Shown: positions 25,418 to 35,154, counted from the stretch's first letter. The stretch: 61,219 bases of DNA from a virus (IMGVR_UViG_3300023074_000002:1-61219); one strand, 5' to 3'. Numbers and translations are program-made. Notes: generated from the letters alone by a model not told the origin.

Positions 25418-25665
25418 CAGTTGTAACTACATTATCCCTTGTGCTGTATCTGAACGGCTGGGTTAGGCAAAGTAAAGATGATTTCTGCGTTACAACTGCG
25501 TGTCGTGTGATACTTGGTCAGCTAATCTTTATATCAGGGTTGGGTACGTTTCCAGAAACGCCTTTTAAAATAGACGGCAGTAACTAAGAGTTAGACCATA
25601 GCGATAATGGCTGCCGTCCAATTTAAACCACAATTATTAGCCATGTAGTTATCGCTGGAGCCTAC
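25418..25665 (+). ncRNA. Candidate structured RNAs with loop-loop pairings
   Basis: 10-bp stem CAGTTGTAAC/GTTACAACTG; three-way junction closed by GACGGCAG/CTGCCGTC; AGCGATAA/TTATCGCT. Confidence 0.5.
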
Positions 25666-25834
25666 GATTGGGCAAAGAAATGCAATCATGTTACGAGAGT
25701 AGATAAATAAGACGAAAGTAAATCCTGCGGTCGGCGCGAAAGAATCAATCCCTGTAAGGTGTATGGGTACAAGGGCAAAACAGCCTGCTAAATTTTGTCA
25801 CTTATGAAAAAGTAATCTTAGAGTTTGAAAATCG

Positions 25835-25866
25835 AAAAAGGGGCAGCAATCATGTTGCCTCTTTTT
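25835..25866 (+). terminator. Intrinsic terminator closing the RNA island
   Basis: AAAAAGGGGCAGCA-ATCA-TGTTGCCTCTTTTT. Confidence 0.75.
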
Positions 25867-25938
25867 AATGCAGCACATTTTGTCCCAAGCCAAAATTAAA
25901 AATGCAGAGGGTTTTATTCACAATTAAAAATTATTGAA

Positions 25939-26349
25939 ATGTCAAATAAAACTAAGTGGACACATTTTTGGGATATGCACAGCGGAGGCGGCACGAAGGA
26001 GCCACCGTATGAAAACATATACATAGAAGCTCAAGAAGATGAAGCAAAAGTTATTTTTTACAATAGGTTCGGGCACAATCCAGATAGGGTTTCTTGTACA
26101 TGTTGTGGTAACGACTATTCTATAAGCGAAAGCGAAACGATAGAACAAGCAACTGGATTTCACAGGAATTGCGATTGGGGAAAAAAAGAGAAAGGGTACA
26201 TCGAGCAAAAGAAAGAAACAGCCTACGGGGAATACAAAACTGTTCCCGAATACGAGAAAGAGGATAATGTTTTATTCATTCGAGATGCTGAAATACAGCC
26301 AAACGAAAGGATAGGCGAAGTTCCCGAAGAGGGATATGTATGGATGTAA
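25939..26349 (+). CDS. Hypothetical protein
   Basis: 136 aa; FWDMHSGG..SCTCCG. Confidence 0.65.
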   Translation: MSNKTKWTHFWDMHSGGGTKEPPYENIYIEAQEDEAKVIFYNRFGHNPDRVSCTCCGNDYSISESETIEQATGFHRNCDWGKKEKGYIEQKKETAYGEYKTVPEYEKEDNVLFIRDAEIQPNERIGEVPEEGYVWM

Positions 26350-26381
26350 AACTAATCACTAACCCATAAAAACTAATTACG

Positions 26382-26600
26382 ATGCCACAAGAATCAATTA
26401 TTAATCATGAATTCAGAAACAGCGTTAATGCCGCTAAAAATTATAATACAGACCAGCTGTTTCAATTAATGCAAGTATTAGAGAAAAGACGAATGGCTAC
26501 AGAGTGGTATCAAGATGGCGAGGCTATTAAAAACTACATGTCAGCATGTAACGAACAGATAAAATCAATTCTTGGATTAAATAACGAACCTAAATCCTAA
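26382..26600 (+). CDS. Hypothetical protein
   Basis: 72 aa, A-rich start. Confidence 0.55.
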   Translation: MPQESIINHEFRNSVNAAKNYNTDQLFQLMQVLEKRRMATEWYQDGEAIKNYMSACNEQIKSILGLNNEPKS

Positions 26601-26708
26601 TTAATGGAACAGTGCACCCTATACGAGAATGCAATAGCACAACTAGAATTAGATGTTGAGCGGTTGCACAAACTTATTAAAGAACTATTATCTAAAATTA
26701 TTTAAGCC

Positions 26709-26978
26709 ATGAAAATCGATTTTGACCATTGGAAAGGTGCCCAGATAGGTGACGAAATCCAAAACCAACAAGACCTTGAAAGAAGGTTGAGTATAATAAA
26801 AACATTCAATCCAACACTTACTCAAGATGGCGACAGTTTCTGCTTCCTGTATGGGACATTGCCGAATGACTGCATAGTTGGGTACGGCGACAATCCACAT
26901 GATGCAATGAATGATTTTGTAAACAGTTTTTACAATCAGAAATCGTCAAAAACATTAAGTAACGAACCTAAAAATTAA
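26709..26978 (+). CDS. Hypothetical protein (weakly HicB-like)
   Basis: DGDSFC..LPN..VGYGDNPHDAM. Confidence 0.5.
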   Translation: MKIDFDHWKGAQIGDEIQNQQDLERRLSIIKTFNPTLTQDGDSFCFLYGTLPNDCIVGYGDNPHDAMNDFVNSFYNQKSSKTLSNEPKN

Positions 26979-26981
26979 TCC

Positions 26982-27323
26982 ATGTCCAGAAACACACGCA
27001 AATTCAATTTCGAAATTACCATTTTTGAAACTAAATGGAACGGGAAATTACTAAAAGACGAACAAGTAAAGAAGTTCGACCTACACATTAAAGGTCAGGC
27101 AACGGACAACGGTATCGAAGAAAAAGACCGATACGAATACGATGCTAGGATATTCAAGTGGCACCGTACAAGTGGCAACACGATACTATCAATTGACATT
27201 ACAGACGAGTACTTACACGCGGCATTGGTTGAATCAATTGACTTACTAGAGGATATACACCCTGCAATAATGAATCACATAGACACCGTATTTAATCATT
27301 CAGAATTATTACAACATCATTAA
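26982..27323 (+). CDS. Hypothetical protein
   Basis: 113 aa. Confidence 0.55.
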   Translation: MSRNTRKFNFEITIFETKWNGKLLKDEQVKKFDLHIKGQATDNGIEEKDRYEYDARIFKWHRTSGNTILSIDITDEYLHAALVESIDLLEDIHPAIMNHIDTVFNHSELLQHH

Positions 27324-27326
27324 GCC

Positions 27327-27716
27327 ATGAGAGAACAATTTGTGCCCTACGAAATAGCGCTTAAACTTAAAGAATTAGGCTTTGATGGGCTGTGTTTGAC
27401 AAAATATGGGATGGCTTCATTAAGGATTTACGAGAACTATAAACCTTACCGAAACTCAGAAGACAGGTATAATGGAGGCTCTTTCTGTAATGACTTGTGC
27501 GCAGCCCCGTTATGGCAACAGGCGTTTGATTGGTTTAGAGATAAGCATAATCTGTTTTCTTATATAGATAGGGTATATGAAAAGGCTTTCTTTGACTATG
27601 AATACCTTATTGGACACATAGTTACGGGAGGTCATGAAACCTACGAACAAGCGCGATTGGCTTGTTTGGAAGAACTTATAAAAACCATAAAAACTAAACA
27701 ATCATGTACGACCTAA
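27327..27716 (+). CDS. Conserved Bacteroidota-phage hypothetical protein
   Basis: FVPYEIALKLKELGFD..APLWQQAFDWFR. Confidence 0.65.
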   Translation: MREQFVPYEIALKLKELGFDGLCLTKYGMASLRIYENYKPYRNSEDRYNGGSFCNDLCAAPLWQQAFDWFRDKHNLFSYIDRVYEKAFFDYEYLIGHIVTGGHETYEQARLACLEELIKTIKTKQSCTT

Positions 27717-27920
27717 GCGGAATTACACCAATGGGATTGCTTGCCACTTTTATAGCGGCTTTTATAGCGTATGCTGTTATTTACGTTTACTGCAAAACCC
27801 GAAAGAAGCAATGAAAGAATTACTTACCGAGTTACTATCTATATCGCTACCGTTAATGGTGGCTTTTTTCTTTTTAAGGGTGGCTATTTGGCTGCACGGG
27901 TTACTTAAAAAATTATTAGC

Positions 27921-28163
27921 ATGACTAGCAAAACGTTCTCTACACCAAAAGAACATGCCATATCACTACGAAATGAGTTTAGAATATTTACAGGCGTTGG
28001 GAAAGATGCCGATGGTGAACCTATTAACAACTACGCTGCGAGCAAACACGTCGCAAAGAAGTCCGCAATACTCGCTGTATCACTATTGATTGAAAACATA
28101 TACGGGATAGAAGAAATTGACTACTGGCGAGAGGTTATCAAATGCCTTAACGATTTAAAATAA
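27921..28163 (+). CDS. Hypothetical protein
   Basis: TPKE..AKKSAILAV..YWREV. Confidence 0.6.
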   Translation: MTSKTFSTPKEHAISLRNEFRIFTGVGKDADGEPINNYAASKHVAKKSAILAVSLLIENIYGIEEIDYWREVIKCLNDLK

Positions 28164-28266
28164 TAAAATGAACATAACAGACGAACAACCAAAGCCAATA
28201 GAGGAAATGCAGCCTCACGAAATAGTAAGGCTCTTAAATATTCATAACAATCAAAAATAATTAACG

Positions 28267-28581
28267 ATGGAATTCTTAGGAACAAAAGGGGGCTGGAAAA
28301 TTAAAGAAGTTTTACTTGACAATGATTCGGTTTCTTATGACATATTAGCCAATATGGAATTCGGGTGGGGCGACTACTTGGGTGCAACTACTAGCAATGG
28401 GCTTTTAGGATGTAGCAAGAAAACGACAAAAGCGAATGCTCAACTCATCGCACACGCGCCTCAACTTTTGGAGATGCTTAAAAAGATGGTAGAAGAATTT
28501 AATGCCGAACATGCTTCACATTATGCTTCCGAATTGTGCTTAGACGCAATCGACCTAATCAAACAAGCCACCACTATATAA
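28267..28581 (+). CDS. Hypothetical protein
   Basis: GTKGGW..ANAQLIAHAPQLLEML, a common phage motif. Confidence 0.6.
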   Translation: MEFLGTKGGWKIKEVLLDNDSVSYDILANMEFGWGDYLGATTSNGLLGCSKKTTKANAQLIAHAPQLLEMLKKMVEEFNAEHASHYASELCLDAIDLIKQATTI

Positions 28582-28599
28582 CCCCTTTAAAAATAAATT

Positions 28600-29469
28600 A
28601 TGGAACTTAGAAAGGCTACACGCCAAAAAGCTAAAATAAAACTAGGACTTTCAGCCGTAAGCGGTGGAGGCAAAACATATTCCGCTATACTCATAGCAAA
28701 GGGATTAACGGGCGATTTATCGAAGGTAGCTATCATTGATACCGAAAATAATAGTGCTGACCTATATGCACATCTAGGAGATTACAATGTGCTTCCATTG
28801 CAAGCACCGTACACCCCCGAAAGATACATACAAGCTATAACCGCATGTGAGGCGGCAGGCATGGAGTGTATTATAATTGACAGCATTACCCACGAGTGGA
28901 ACGGGAAAGGCGGCATACTGGACATTCATGGCTCAATGACAGGGAATAGTTTCACCAATTGGGCGCAGGTAACGCCGAGACACCAAAAGTTTATTGATAA
29001 AATATTGCAATGCAGTTGCCATGTGATAACGACCGTAAGGCGTAAACAAGATTACGACATGGTTAAGGACGGGAATAAAACGGTAGTTAATAAAGCTGGA
29101 TTAAAGGAAGAAACTAGGGAAGGGTTTGAGTATGAGTTGACCGCCAACCTAGAATTGGATATAAAGCACAATGCGAACGCCCTAAAAGACCGTACTGGCC
29201 TATTCATGGGAAATCCACCATTTACACCGAGCGAAGAAACTGGAGTGATGATAAGGGAGTGGTGCGATACAGGTGTTGACATGGCTGCATTGAATAAAGA
29301 AGAACTTGAAAACGCGCTTGAAAATCTAAAGAATTGTACATCGGTTGAAGATTTGACTTTTCTAAAGCAAGGGCTATCAACCTACGTAATAAATAACGAA
29401 GTATTCAAAGCCGCTGGATTTATAAGATTCAACGAACTTAAACCTAAACCTGAAACACAAAATAATTAG
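28600..29469 (+). CDS. AAA_24 / Sak4-like recombination ATPase
   Basis: AVSGGGKT, IIDTE and IIIDSITHEW motifs. Confidence 0.85.
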   Translation: MELRKATRQKAKIKLGLSAVSGGGKTYSAILIAKGLTGDLSKVAIIDTENNSADLYAHLGDYNVLPLQAPYTPERYIQAITACEAAGMECIIIDSITHEWNGKGGILDIHGSMTGNSFTNWAQVTPRHQKFIDKILQCSCHVITTVRRKQDYDMVKDGNKTVVNKAGLKEETREGFEYELTANLELDIKHNANALKDRTGLFMGNPPFTPSEETGVMIREWCDTGVDMAALNKEELENALENLKNCTSVEDLTFLKQGLSTYVINNEVFKAAGFIRFNELKPKPETQNN

Positions 29470-29471
29470 AC

Positions 29472-29996
29472 ATGCAAGATTTACAATTTTCAGCCACTTC
29501 AATGCTGGCACTATTCGAAACCAACAAGAAAGAACGCTCCGATTTCATTCGACAAACAATAGAGCAAATAGAAAACGGCGAAGTGGATGCCCTACAAGTA
29601 CACTTACAGGTTAAGGCAATGGAAAGTATCATCGAAGGATTAACCAGCCGTGACGTCAAAAAGAATAAGGATAACATCGAATTTGCGAATCGTTACAATT
29701 CCGCTTTAATGGATGCAGCCGATAAGCATGGTAAAAAGTTTGATTTGCACAATGCTAGTTTTTCGGTTGGTGAAGTTGGCACGAGTTACAATTACGATGG
29801 ATGCAATGATGAAACATATCTTAACCTATTATCTGAATTTGAAACGGCAAAATCAAAACTTGATGAAAGGAAAAAGTTTCTACAAAATTTGCCCGATGCT
29901 GGCATGGAATATTTAAACAGAGAAACGGGGGAATTGGAGCGAATGTTCAAGCCTATTAAAACATCTACAACAGCATTAAAAGTATCATTGAAATAG
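29472..29996 (+). CDS. Hypothetical protein in the recombination module
   Basis: 174 aa coupled to the ATPase. Confidence 0.6.
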   Translation: MQDLQFSATSMLALFETNKKERSDFIRQTIEQIENGEVDALQVHLQVKAMESIIEGLTSRDVKKNKDNIEFANRYNSALMDAADKHGKKFDLHNASFSVGEVGTSYNYDGCNDETYLNLLSEFETAKSKLDERKKFLQNLPDAGMEYLNRETGELERMFKPIKTSTTALKVSLK

Positions 29997-29998
29997 CC

Positions 29999-30433
29999 AT
30001 GAATAAGCTAGAATTAAATGGTAGGGTGTTATTTAATGGCACTCTATCAATACCGCTTAGGTCGCAAATAACAGAATGGTGCAATAGTCATTTAGACGCA
30101 CCTGTAAAGATGACGTTGGAAGTAAAGCGAAAGATACGCAGCAATCCCCAAAACGCATATTATTGGGGCGTTACGATCCCTTTGGTAAAGCAGGGATTTA
30201 AAGACATTGGACACCCTTTGAGCGAAAATGAAACCCATGAATTTCTAAAAAAGGAGTTCAATCTAAAAGAGGTCGAATTAGAAAACGGGCATAGCCTTAC
30301 ATTACCACAATCTACAACGGAACTAACAACCGTTGACTTTATGGAATACTTAGAAAAGATTGCACACTTCGCCGCAAACATGTTATCGGCACACATCCCC
30401 GCGCCCAACGAACAAACAGCATTCGATTACTAG
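29999..30433 (+). CDS. NinB/Orf-like recombination protein
   Basis: RSNPQNAYYW..HEFLK..STTELT..F.EYLEKI. Confidence 0.7.
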   Translation: MNKLELNGRVLFNGTLSIPLRSQITEWCNSHLDAPVKMTLEVKRKIRSNPQNAYYWGVTIPLVKQGFKDIGHPLSENETHEFLKKEFNLKEVELENGHSLTLPQSTTELTTVDFMEYLEKIAHFAANMLSAHIPAPNEQTAFDY

Positions 30434-30498
30434 CCCACCATGACGAGGAATTAAAAGCTACAATAGTAGAATAAATCACACTTTAAAATTAATCGAAA

Positions 30499-30750
30499 AT
30501 GTGGATAGAAACAAGCGCGGAAGTTTACTCCGTAATATTAGCAAAGCACAAAAAACAAATGTCTGTTCACAGTTCTTTTTCAGACCCAACAGGAACTGGC
30601 CACAGCTTCTCTACGGGCAAGCCCGAAATGATAACAGAATGGGGCTTTAAAATTTCAGGTAGCCCTATCTTGAAGGCACATTCTAACAAAGAAACAGAAG
30701 AACAAACTGATTGGGATACAAAATATTTTATTTCTTATACACCCCAATAA
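30499..30750 (+). CDS. Hypothetical protein
   Basis: 83 aa. Confidence 0.55.
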   Translation: MWIETSAEVYSVILAKHKKQMSVHSSFSDPTGTGHSFSTGKPEMITEWGFKISGSPILKAHSNKETEEQTDWDTKYFISYTPQ

Positions 30751-30836
30751 CCTTACCCCTCAGCAATTAAATTAACTGCTGTTTATCCTCTTTCTTTCTA
30801 GGAAGGGGCTTTTTTAATTAAATAAACAAATACACA

Positions 30837-31253
30837 ATGATTGCACATATAGAAGAAATCGAAAAGAATTTGGCTGCAATGAAAGAAGCTTACGCCGAAG
30901 AACAAAAAGAGTCTTACGAAAAGAAGGAACACAAACATTTTGAAGTCGGAGAAATCGTAACCGATGGAAATAATGTTGGTGTCGTTGGTTGGACTGAAAA
31001 CAAAGCGTGTGGAGCTGCTTATGAAATGGGCTACATGGGTATAGACTTGATTAACGGCAATAAAGGTTTTATGGCTTTTGCAAAACGTGATGAATTCAAA
31101 TTGGTTGAGAGCACCTTTTACAATGATGTTCACGATGTTAAGTTAAGCCTTACAGGTGTTCAAATAGTAGACTTGAAGTATCGTTTGCGAACCACCAATT
31201 CAAGCGAAACCACACGAGAGGTTATGAAAATACTCAACCTTTTTAACCCATGA
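30837..31253 (+). CDS. Hypothetical protein
   Basis: 138 aa. Confidence 0.55.
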   Translation: MIAHIEEIEKNLAAMKEAYAEEQKESYEKKEHKHFEVGEIVTDGNNVGVVGWTENKACGAAYEMGYMGIDLINGNKGFMAFAKRDEFKLVESTFYNDVHDVKLSLTGVQIVDLKYRLRTTNSSETTREVMKILNLFNP

Positions 31254-31750
31254 GTTGCTCATGGATTGGAGGCTGCAAAGTACCCACACCCGACACTTTC
31301 TGCACATTACATAAAAAAGCAATGGGTATAGAAAAGCCCAAGAAGGAACCCTACGTAATCAAAAAACTATCTTTAAAAGCTAAGGCTGCCGAACCTGATA
31401 AAATAGCGAACAAGAAACGGTTAAGCAAGTTCTATAACGAGCAGTTGAACATTATGCCTCATAGCTGCCAAGAGTGTCAGGAGCCGCTTTATATGAGCCA
31501 AACTATCAATCCACGCACACCCGTAGCACATTTGCTTTGCAAGAAGATTTTTAAGTCAGTAGATACCGACCAAGACAATGTAATATTTCTGTGCGCCCTT
31601 CATCACGGAGCTTTAGATGGCAACCTAGAACGGTATATGAAGGAGGCAAAAACAGCACAATACATTCGGGATAAAGTACAATTGCTACTCCCAAAACTAA
31701 CGGAATCGGAACTAGGTAAAGTTTCACATTTTTTACTCACAGCACCTTAG
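31250..31750 (+). CDS. HNH-like nuclease
   Basis: CQEC..AHLL.K..NVIFLCALHH. Confidence 0.65.
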   Translation: MSCSWIGGCKVPTPDTFCTLHKKAMGIEKPKKEPYVIKKLSLKAKAAEPDKIANKKRLSKFYNEQLNIMPHSCQECQEPLYMSQTINPRTPVAHLLCKKIFKSVDTDQDNVIFLCALHHGALDGNLERYMKEAKTAQYIRDKVQLLLPKLTESELGKVSHFLLTAP

Positions 31751-31804
31751 TGGTGCTTTTAATTTTTATAGAAGATTCATTTTTCACTTTTAAATATAAA
31801 TACA

Positions 31805-32221
31805 ATGCAAAAAACATTGATGGATGAAGTTCCCGAACACATGAGGTTGCAAGCCTTAACGGACAGCGCGGACAGTATCGAAACTACCACGTATTACAAA
31901 CCGCTTACTCAAGATGAACTTGATGGTAAACGGGAGTTGTACTTTGATAATCAGATTAAGTTATCTGGATTTTCCGAAGAGCTTGCCGACATTAAGGCTG
32001 GATTCAAAGACAAGATGAAACCCTTACAGCAAGAGAACACAATCTTGCTTACCGAGGTTAAAACTAAGCAGTCCGAAATTAACGGTACGCTTTACCATCT
32101 TGCAAATCACGATACAGGTTTCATGGAAACCTACAACGAAAACGCCGAACTTATTTCCACACGCCGCCTACGTCCTACCGAGAAACAAAAAACAGTTTTC
32201 CAAATCACTAAAGCATCATAA
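31805..32221 (+). CDS. Conserved phage coiled-coil protein
   Basis: 138 aa, coupled to the next gene. Confidence 0.6.
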   Translation: MQKTLMDEVPEHMRLQALTDSADSIETTTYYKPLTQDELDGKRELYFDNQIKLSGFSEELADIKAGFKDKMKPLQQENTILLTEVKTKQSEINGTLYHLANHDTGFMETYNENAELISTRRLRPTEKQKTVFQITKAS

Positions 32222-32223
32222 TT

Positions 32224-32946
32224 ATGAGCGAAAAATTAGAGTTGAATATTTTAGGCGAACAAAAGACATTGGAAGTTCGCACGGGTGCAGCCTTGCCGCT
32301 TAAAGAGCCAAAGGTTGTTAGCATTTCGGGAGATATAAACACTATTTCCAACTACCTTAGAAAGAGGCGTGACGAAAGCGGACACTCAACGCAGGGCGTT
32401 TATCTGAATAAAGCAATTGTCTATACCGACAAGGCAAATAGAAACATTCGTATAGACGTTGACCCCGAAAATCCTTACGGTGCTACGGTGAAAGGTTCAC
32501 TAATGATTACGGACGAACTAAAGCAATTTGGCATAAACACCAATCAGCAATTTAGCAGGGAAATATTGGTTAAGCTATTGCGCTTTACTAGGCGGTTCTT
32601 CAAAAGTTCGGAGGTTCACTTGAACATCCTAACTTCTTACCAAGCCTTTAAGGCAACAGGGAAAACCGAACATGTAAGTGCAAGTGACACGCGCGGCAAC
32701 AAAACGCAAAACTTCAATAAAGAAGTGGATAGCAATTTGCCCGTAAACTTTGTGTTGAGCCTACCGATTTTCAAAGGCGAAAAGAACGAAGATTTCATGG
32801 TAGAAATCTGTTTGGAACTTACGGACGCAGGAGCGCATTTTTGGTTTGAATCTCCCGAACTAGAGGAATTGATTTCAATCCGTACAGACGAAATCTTTGA
32901 CGCACAATTGAAAGAGTTTGAAGATTTAGTAATAGTAAATATCTAA
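32224..32946 (+). CDS. DUF2303/YfdQ-like protein
   Basis: LPVNFVLSLPIFKG C-terminal pattern. Confidence 0.5.
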   Translation: MSEKLELNILGEQKTLEVRTGAALPLKEPKVVSISGDINTISNYLRKRRDESGHSTQGVYLNKAIVYTDKANRNIRIDVDPENPYGATVKGSLMITDELKQFGINTNQQFSREILVKLLRFTRRFFKSSEVHLNILTSYQAFKATGKTEHVSASDTRGNKTQNFNKEVDSNLPVNFVLSLPIFKGEKNEDFMVEICLELTDAGAHFWFESPELEELISIRTDEIFDAQLKEFEDLVIVNI

Positions 32947-33101
32947 AGTAAATCCTTTGGCAAGGTATCCACGCCTTTGCATTAAAAGTAATGCGGTTTG
33001 TTTTGAACGTTGTCACATAAACGTGTATCCGCAATTGGTACCCAAAGGACTTTTTAACACCCTATCCCTTCCATGAAAACAAACTTAAAAAAAGGGAAAT
33101 T

Positions 33102-33464
33102 ATGTTCACATCGGATTATTTTGAAATCAATACAGAAGAATGCTTGAGCACTTTCTTTTCACCCCAACACGAGAGAGCAACACACGCAGCCTGTATAAGA
33201 AACTACATTACGGTTGAAGTTTTAAGAGATTGGGCAAACGAGTTCAATCTTTTTTTAGCCAACCAATTTATCTACAAGTACTCCTTGCAGAAATGGGCAA
33301 GCCACTTTGGGAACTGGCTGCCGAAACAAGATAAGAGCAAACCGCCACCACATTTGAGCATGGGCAAGGCGCCCGAAACCAAACTACAAAAGAACGTAAC
33401 CGCCAACATATCAGCTAAAGAAAAAAACAGGCTATTCCATGAAAGAAATAACAACAACCAATAG
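33102..33464 (+). CDS. Protein resembling the C-terminal domain of a replication initiator
   Basis: EF...L..W.SHFGNWL motif; overlaps the next gene. Confidence 0.45.
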   Translation: MFTSDYFEINTEECLSTFFSPQHERATHAACIRNYITVEVLRDWANEFNLFLANQFIYKYSLQKWASHFGNWLPKQDKSKPPPHLSMGKAPETKLQKNVTANISAKEKNRLFHERNNNNQ

Positions 33465-34269
33465 GCAGGTAGCGAAGGCAAGGAACGAAGAAATATTGCA
33501 GTCGTTGGACTTATCAAAGCAAGAGTTCATAAGGGCAGCGTTGGCACCAAGGATTTGCAACATGACCCCGTTATCGTGTAGTGACGAAATAATCAGCTTT
33601 ATAGTGGAAGCGCACAATAATTCGGGTCAGGTTATTGATGAAAACACTGTACTGGTTCAAGCCAATGAAACTTACGCTACGTTGATGAATTTATTTCCAG
33701 ACGTTACGATTGAAGAAATAAGGCAAGCGATACGGAATGGTGTTTATGACCAATACGGAAAATATTTCGGGCTTAATCCTAAAAGCTATGTTGGTTTTGT
33801 TCGGGAGTATCTGAAATCGGAGGCGCGAAAAGAAGCTAAAGAAAGGTACGAAGCCGAGAAAGTTAAGGCAAGCGAGCCACCACCGAAAATGACCGTTGAG
33901 CAAACGGTTGAAGCAATAGAGAATGATTACCGGATTTTCCTCGCACATGGCAAAGAATTAATCGGGTTTGCAACATTCAAGTATTTCTTTTTGATACGGG
34001 ATAACTCAATAAAGCATGTTAGCGGTGAACGATGGAAAATGTGGTTGGCACAATCTAAGGAAGAATTGTATTGGCGAAAAACGGAGCAGGCGAAGAAAAA
34101 AGGAGATAAGTCAACATTAAATGAGATAATGAAAATTACCGCCTCGTTGGAAGAAACTGGCGCATTACCAATTACGGAATACAAGAAGATAATCTTCAAT
34201 GCTAGGCGATTACGGTACATAGCATTTTTTGAGTACAAGCAAAAGCATGGTCATAAAACTATTTTCTAA
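33439..34269 (+). CDS. Putative helicase-loader-like replication protein
   Basis: FPDVTIEEIRQAIRNG..YG.YFGLN; initiator-loader gene arrangement. Confidence 0.45.
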   Translation: MKEITTTNRQVAKARNEEILQSLDLSKQEFIRAALAPRICNMTPLSCSDEIISFIVEAHNNSGQVIDENTVLVQANETYATLMNLFPDVTIEEIRQAIRNGVYDQYGKYFGLNPKSYVGFVREYLKSEARKEAKERYEAEKVKASEPPPKMTVEQTVEAIENDYRIFLAHGKELIGFATFKYFFLIRDNSIKHVSGERWKMWLAQSKEELYWRKTEQAKKKGDKSTLNEIMKITASLEETGALPITEYKKIIFNARRLRYIAFFEYKQKHGHKTIF

Positions 34270-34270
34270 T

Positions 34271-34710
34271 AATCAAAAACAAACAATCAAATGAATAAGA
34301 AAGAGCAATTGCAAAAAAAACTTAATGACATAGCTGAAAACGAGGCTAAGGTGTTACGGCAAAAACACTTCCCCAAGTTTAAAAAGCTTGAAGGAAAGTG
34401 CTTCAAATATAAAAATAGCTATAGCCAGCCTAAAAAGAAATCTGACTACTGGTTTAAGTATGCCAAAGTAATCGAGGTGAGAGAGGAAGATGTATATGAT
34501 ACTAGGGGCGCGGGGGTAACATGCCATTGTAAGATATACGAGTTCCAATCCGATAAAGACGGGAATATCAGTATTGATACAATTGGTCACTCATATGCCC
34601 ACAATCTAGGTACGGAAATTTCAGAAGCGGAATTTATTGAGGCGTGGAACGATATGATGGGGCAACTCGACAAACTTATTTAATCACAATCAAAAACAAA
34701 CAATCAAATG
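34271..34710 (+). repeat. 23-bp direct repeat AATCAAAAACAAACAATCAAATG flanking one gene
   Basis: Exact copies at 34271-34293 and 34688-34710, each ending in a start codon. Confidence 0.8.
34291..34683 (+). CDS. Hypothetical protein
   Basis: 130 aa between the repeats. Confidence 0.6.
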   Translation: MNKKEQLQKKLNDIAENEAKVLRQKHFPKFKKLEGKCFKYKNSYSQPKKKSDYWFKYAKVIEVREEDVYDTRGAGVTCHCKIYEFQSDKDGNISIDTIGHSYAHNLGTEISEAEFIEAWNDMMGQLDKLI

Positions 34711-35139
34711 CAAACAAAAGGATTCATTAGCCATATTGGGCAGACGGAACAAGTAACGGACAAATTCGCCAAACGAGATGTAGTAATCGAGATTGAAGAA
34801 CTCAATCAAAATTCAGGTCAATATTACAGCCATTTAGAGGCTTTTCAATGTATCAATAACAACACATCGGTACTCGATAATTTTAGGATTGGCGATGAGG
34901 TAGTAATCAATTTTAACATTAAATCCAATAAAGTTGAAAAGGATGGCGTTGTTCGTTTCTTTACTAATCTTACGGCTTACAAAATTGACAAAACAGGTCA
35001 GGAACAATATGTTTCCCAACCGCAACAAGTAGCCCAATACCCACCCCAACAAAACTACACATCACCACAGCAAAATCAATCAAGTGTGGCGGGACTGAAT
35101 ACGCCTGATTCCGCAAACGGGGACGATTTGCCTTTCTGA
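34708..35139 (+). CDS. DUF3127-family single-stranded DNA-binding protein
   Basis: OB-fold-like N-terminus (FAKRDVVIE..FFTNLTAYKI), Q/P-rich linker, DDLPF tail. Confidence 0.8.
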   Translation: MQTKGFISHIGQTEQVTDKFAKRDVVIEIEELNQNSGQYYSHLEAFQCINNNTSVLDNFRIGDEVVINFNIKSNKVEKDGVVRFFTNLTAYKIDKTGQEQYVSQPQQVAQYPPQQNYTSPQQNQSSVAGLNTPDSANGDDLPF

Positions 35140-35154
35140 TCTAAATAATGAAAC

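Noticed and set aside
25089-25572. CRISPR mini-array from the repeated spacer hairpins
   Set aside because: Repeats are short and degenerate, spacing is irregular (~300 and ~160 nt), and there are no cas genes
25660-25830. c-di-GMP-I riboswitch or hammerhead ribozyme
   Set aside because: GGCAAA and GAAA words occur, but the required stems and the CTGATGA core do not
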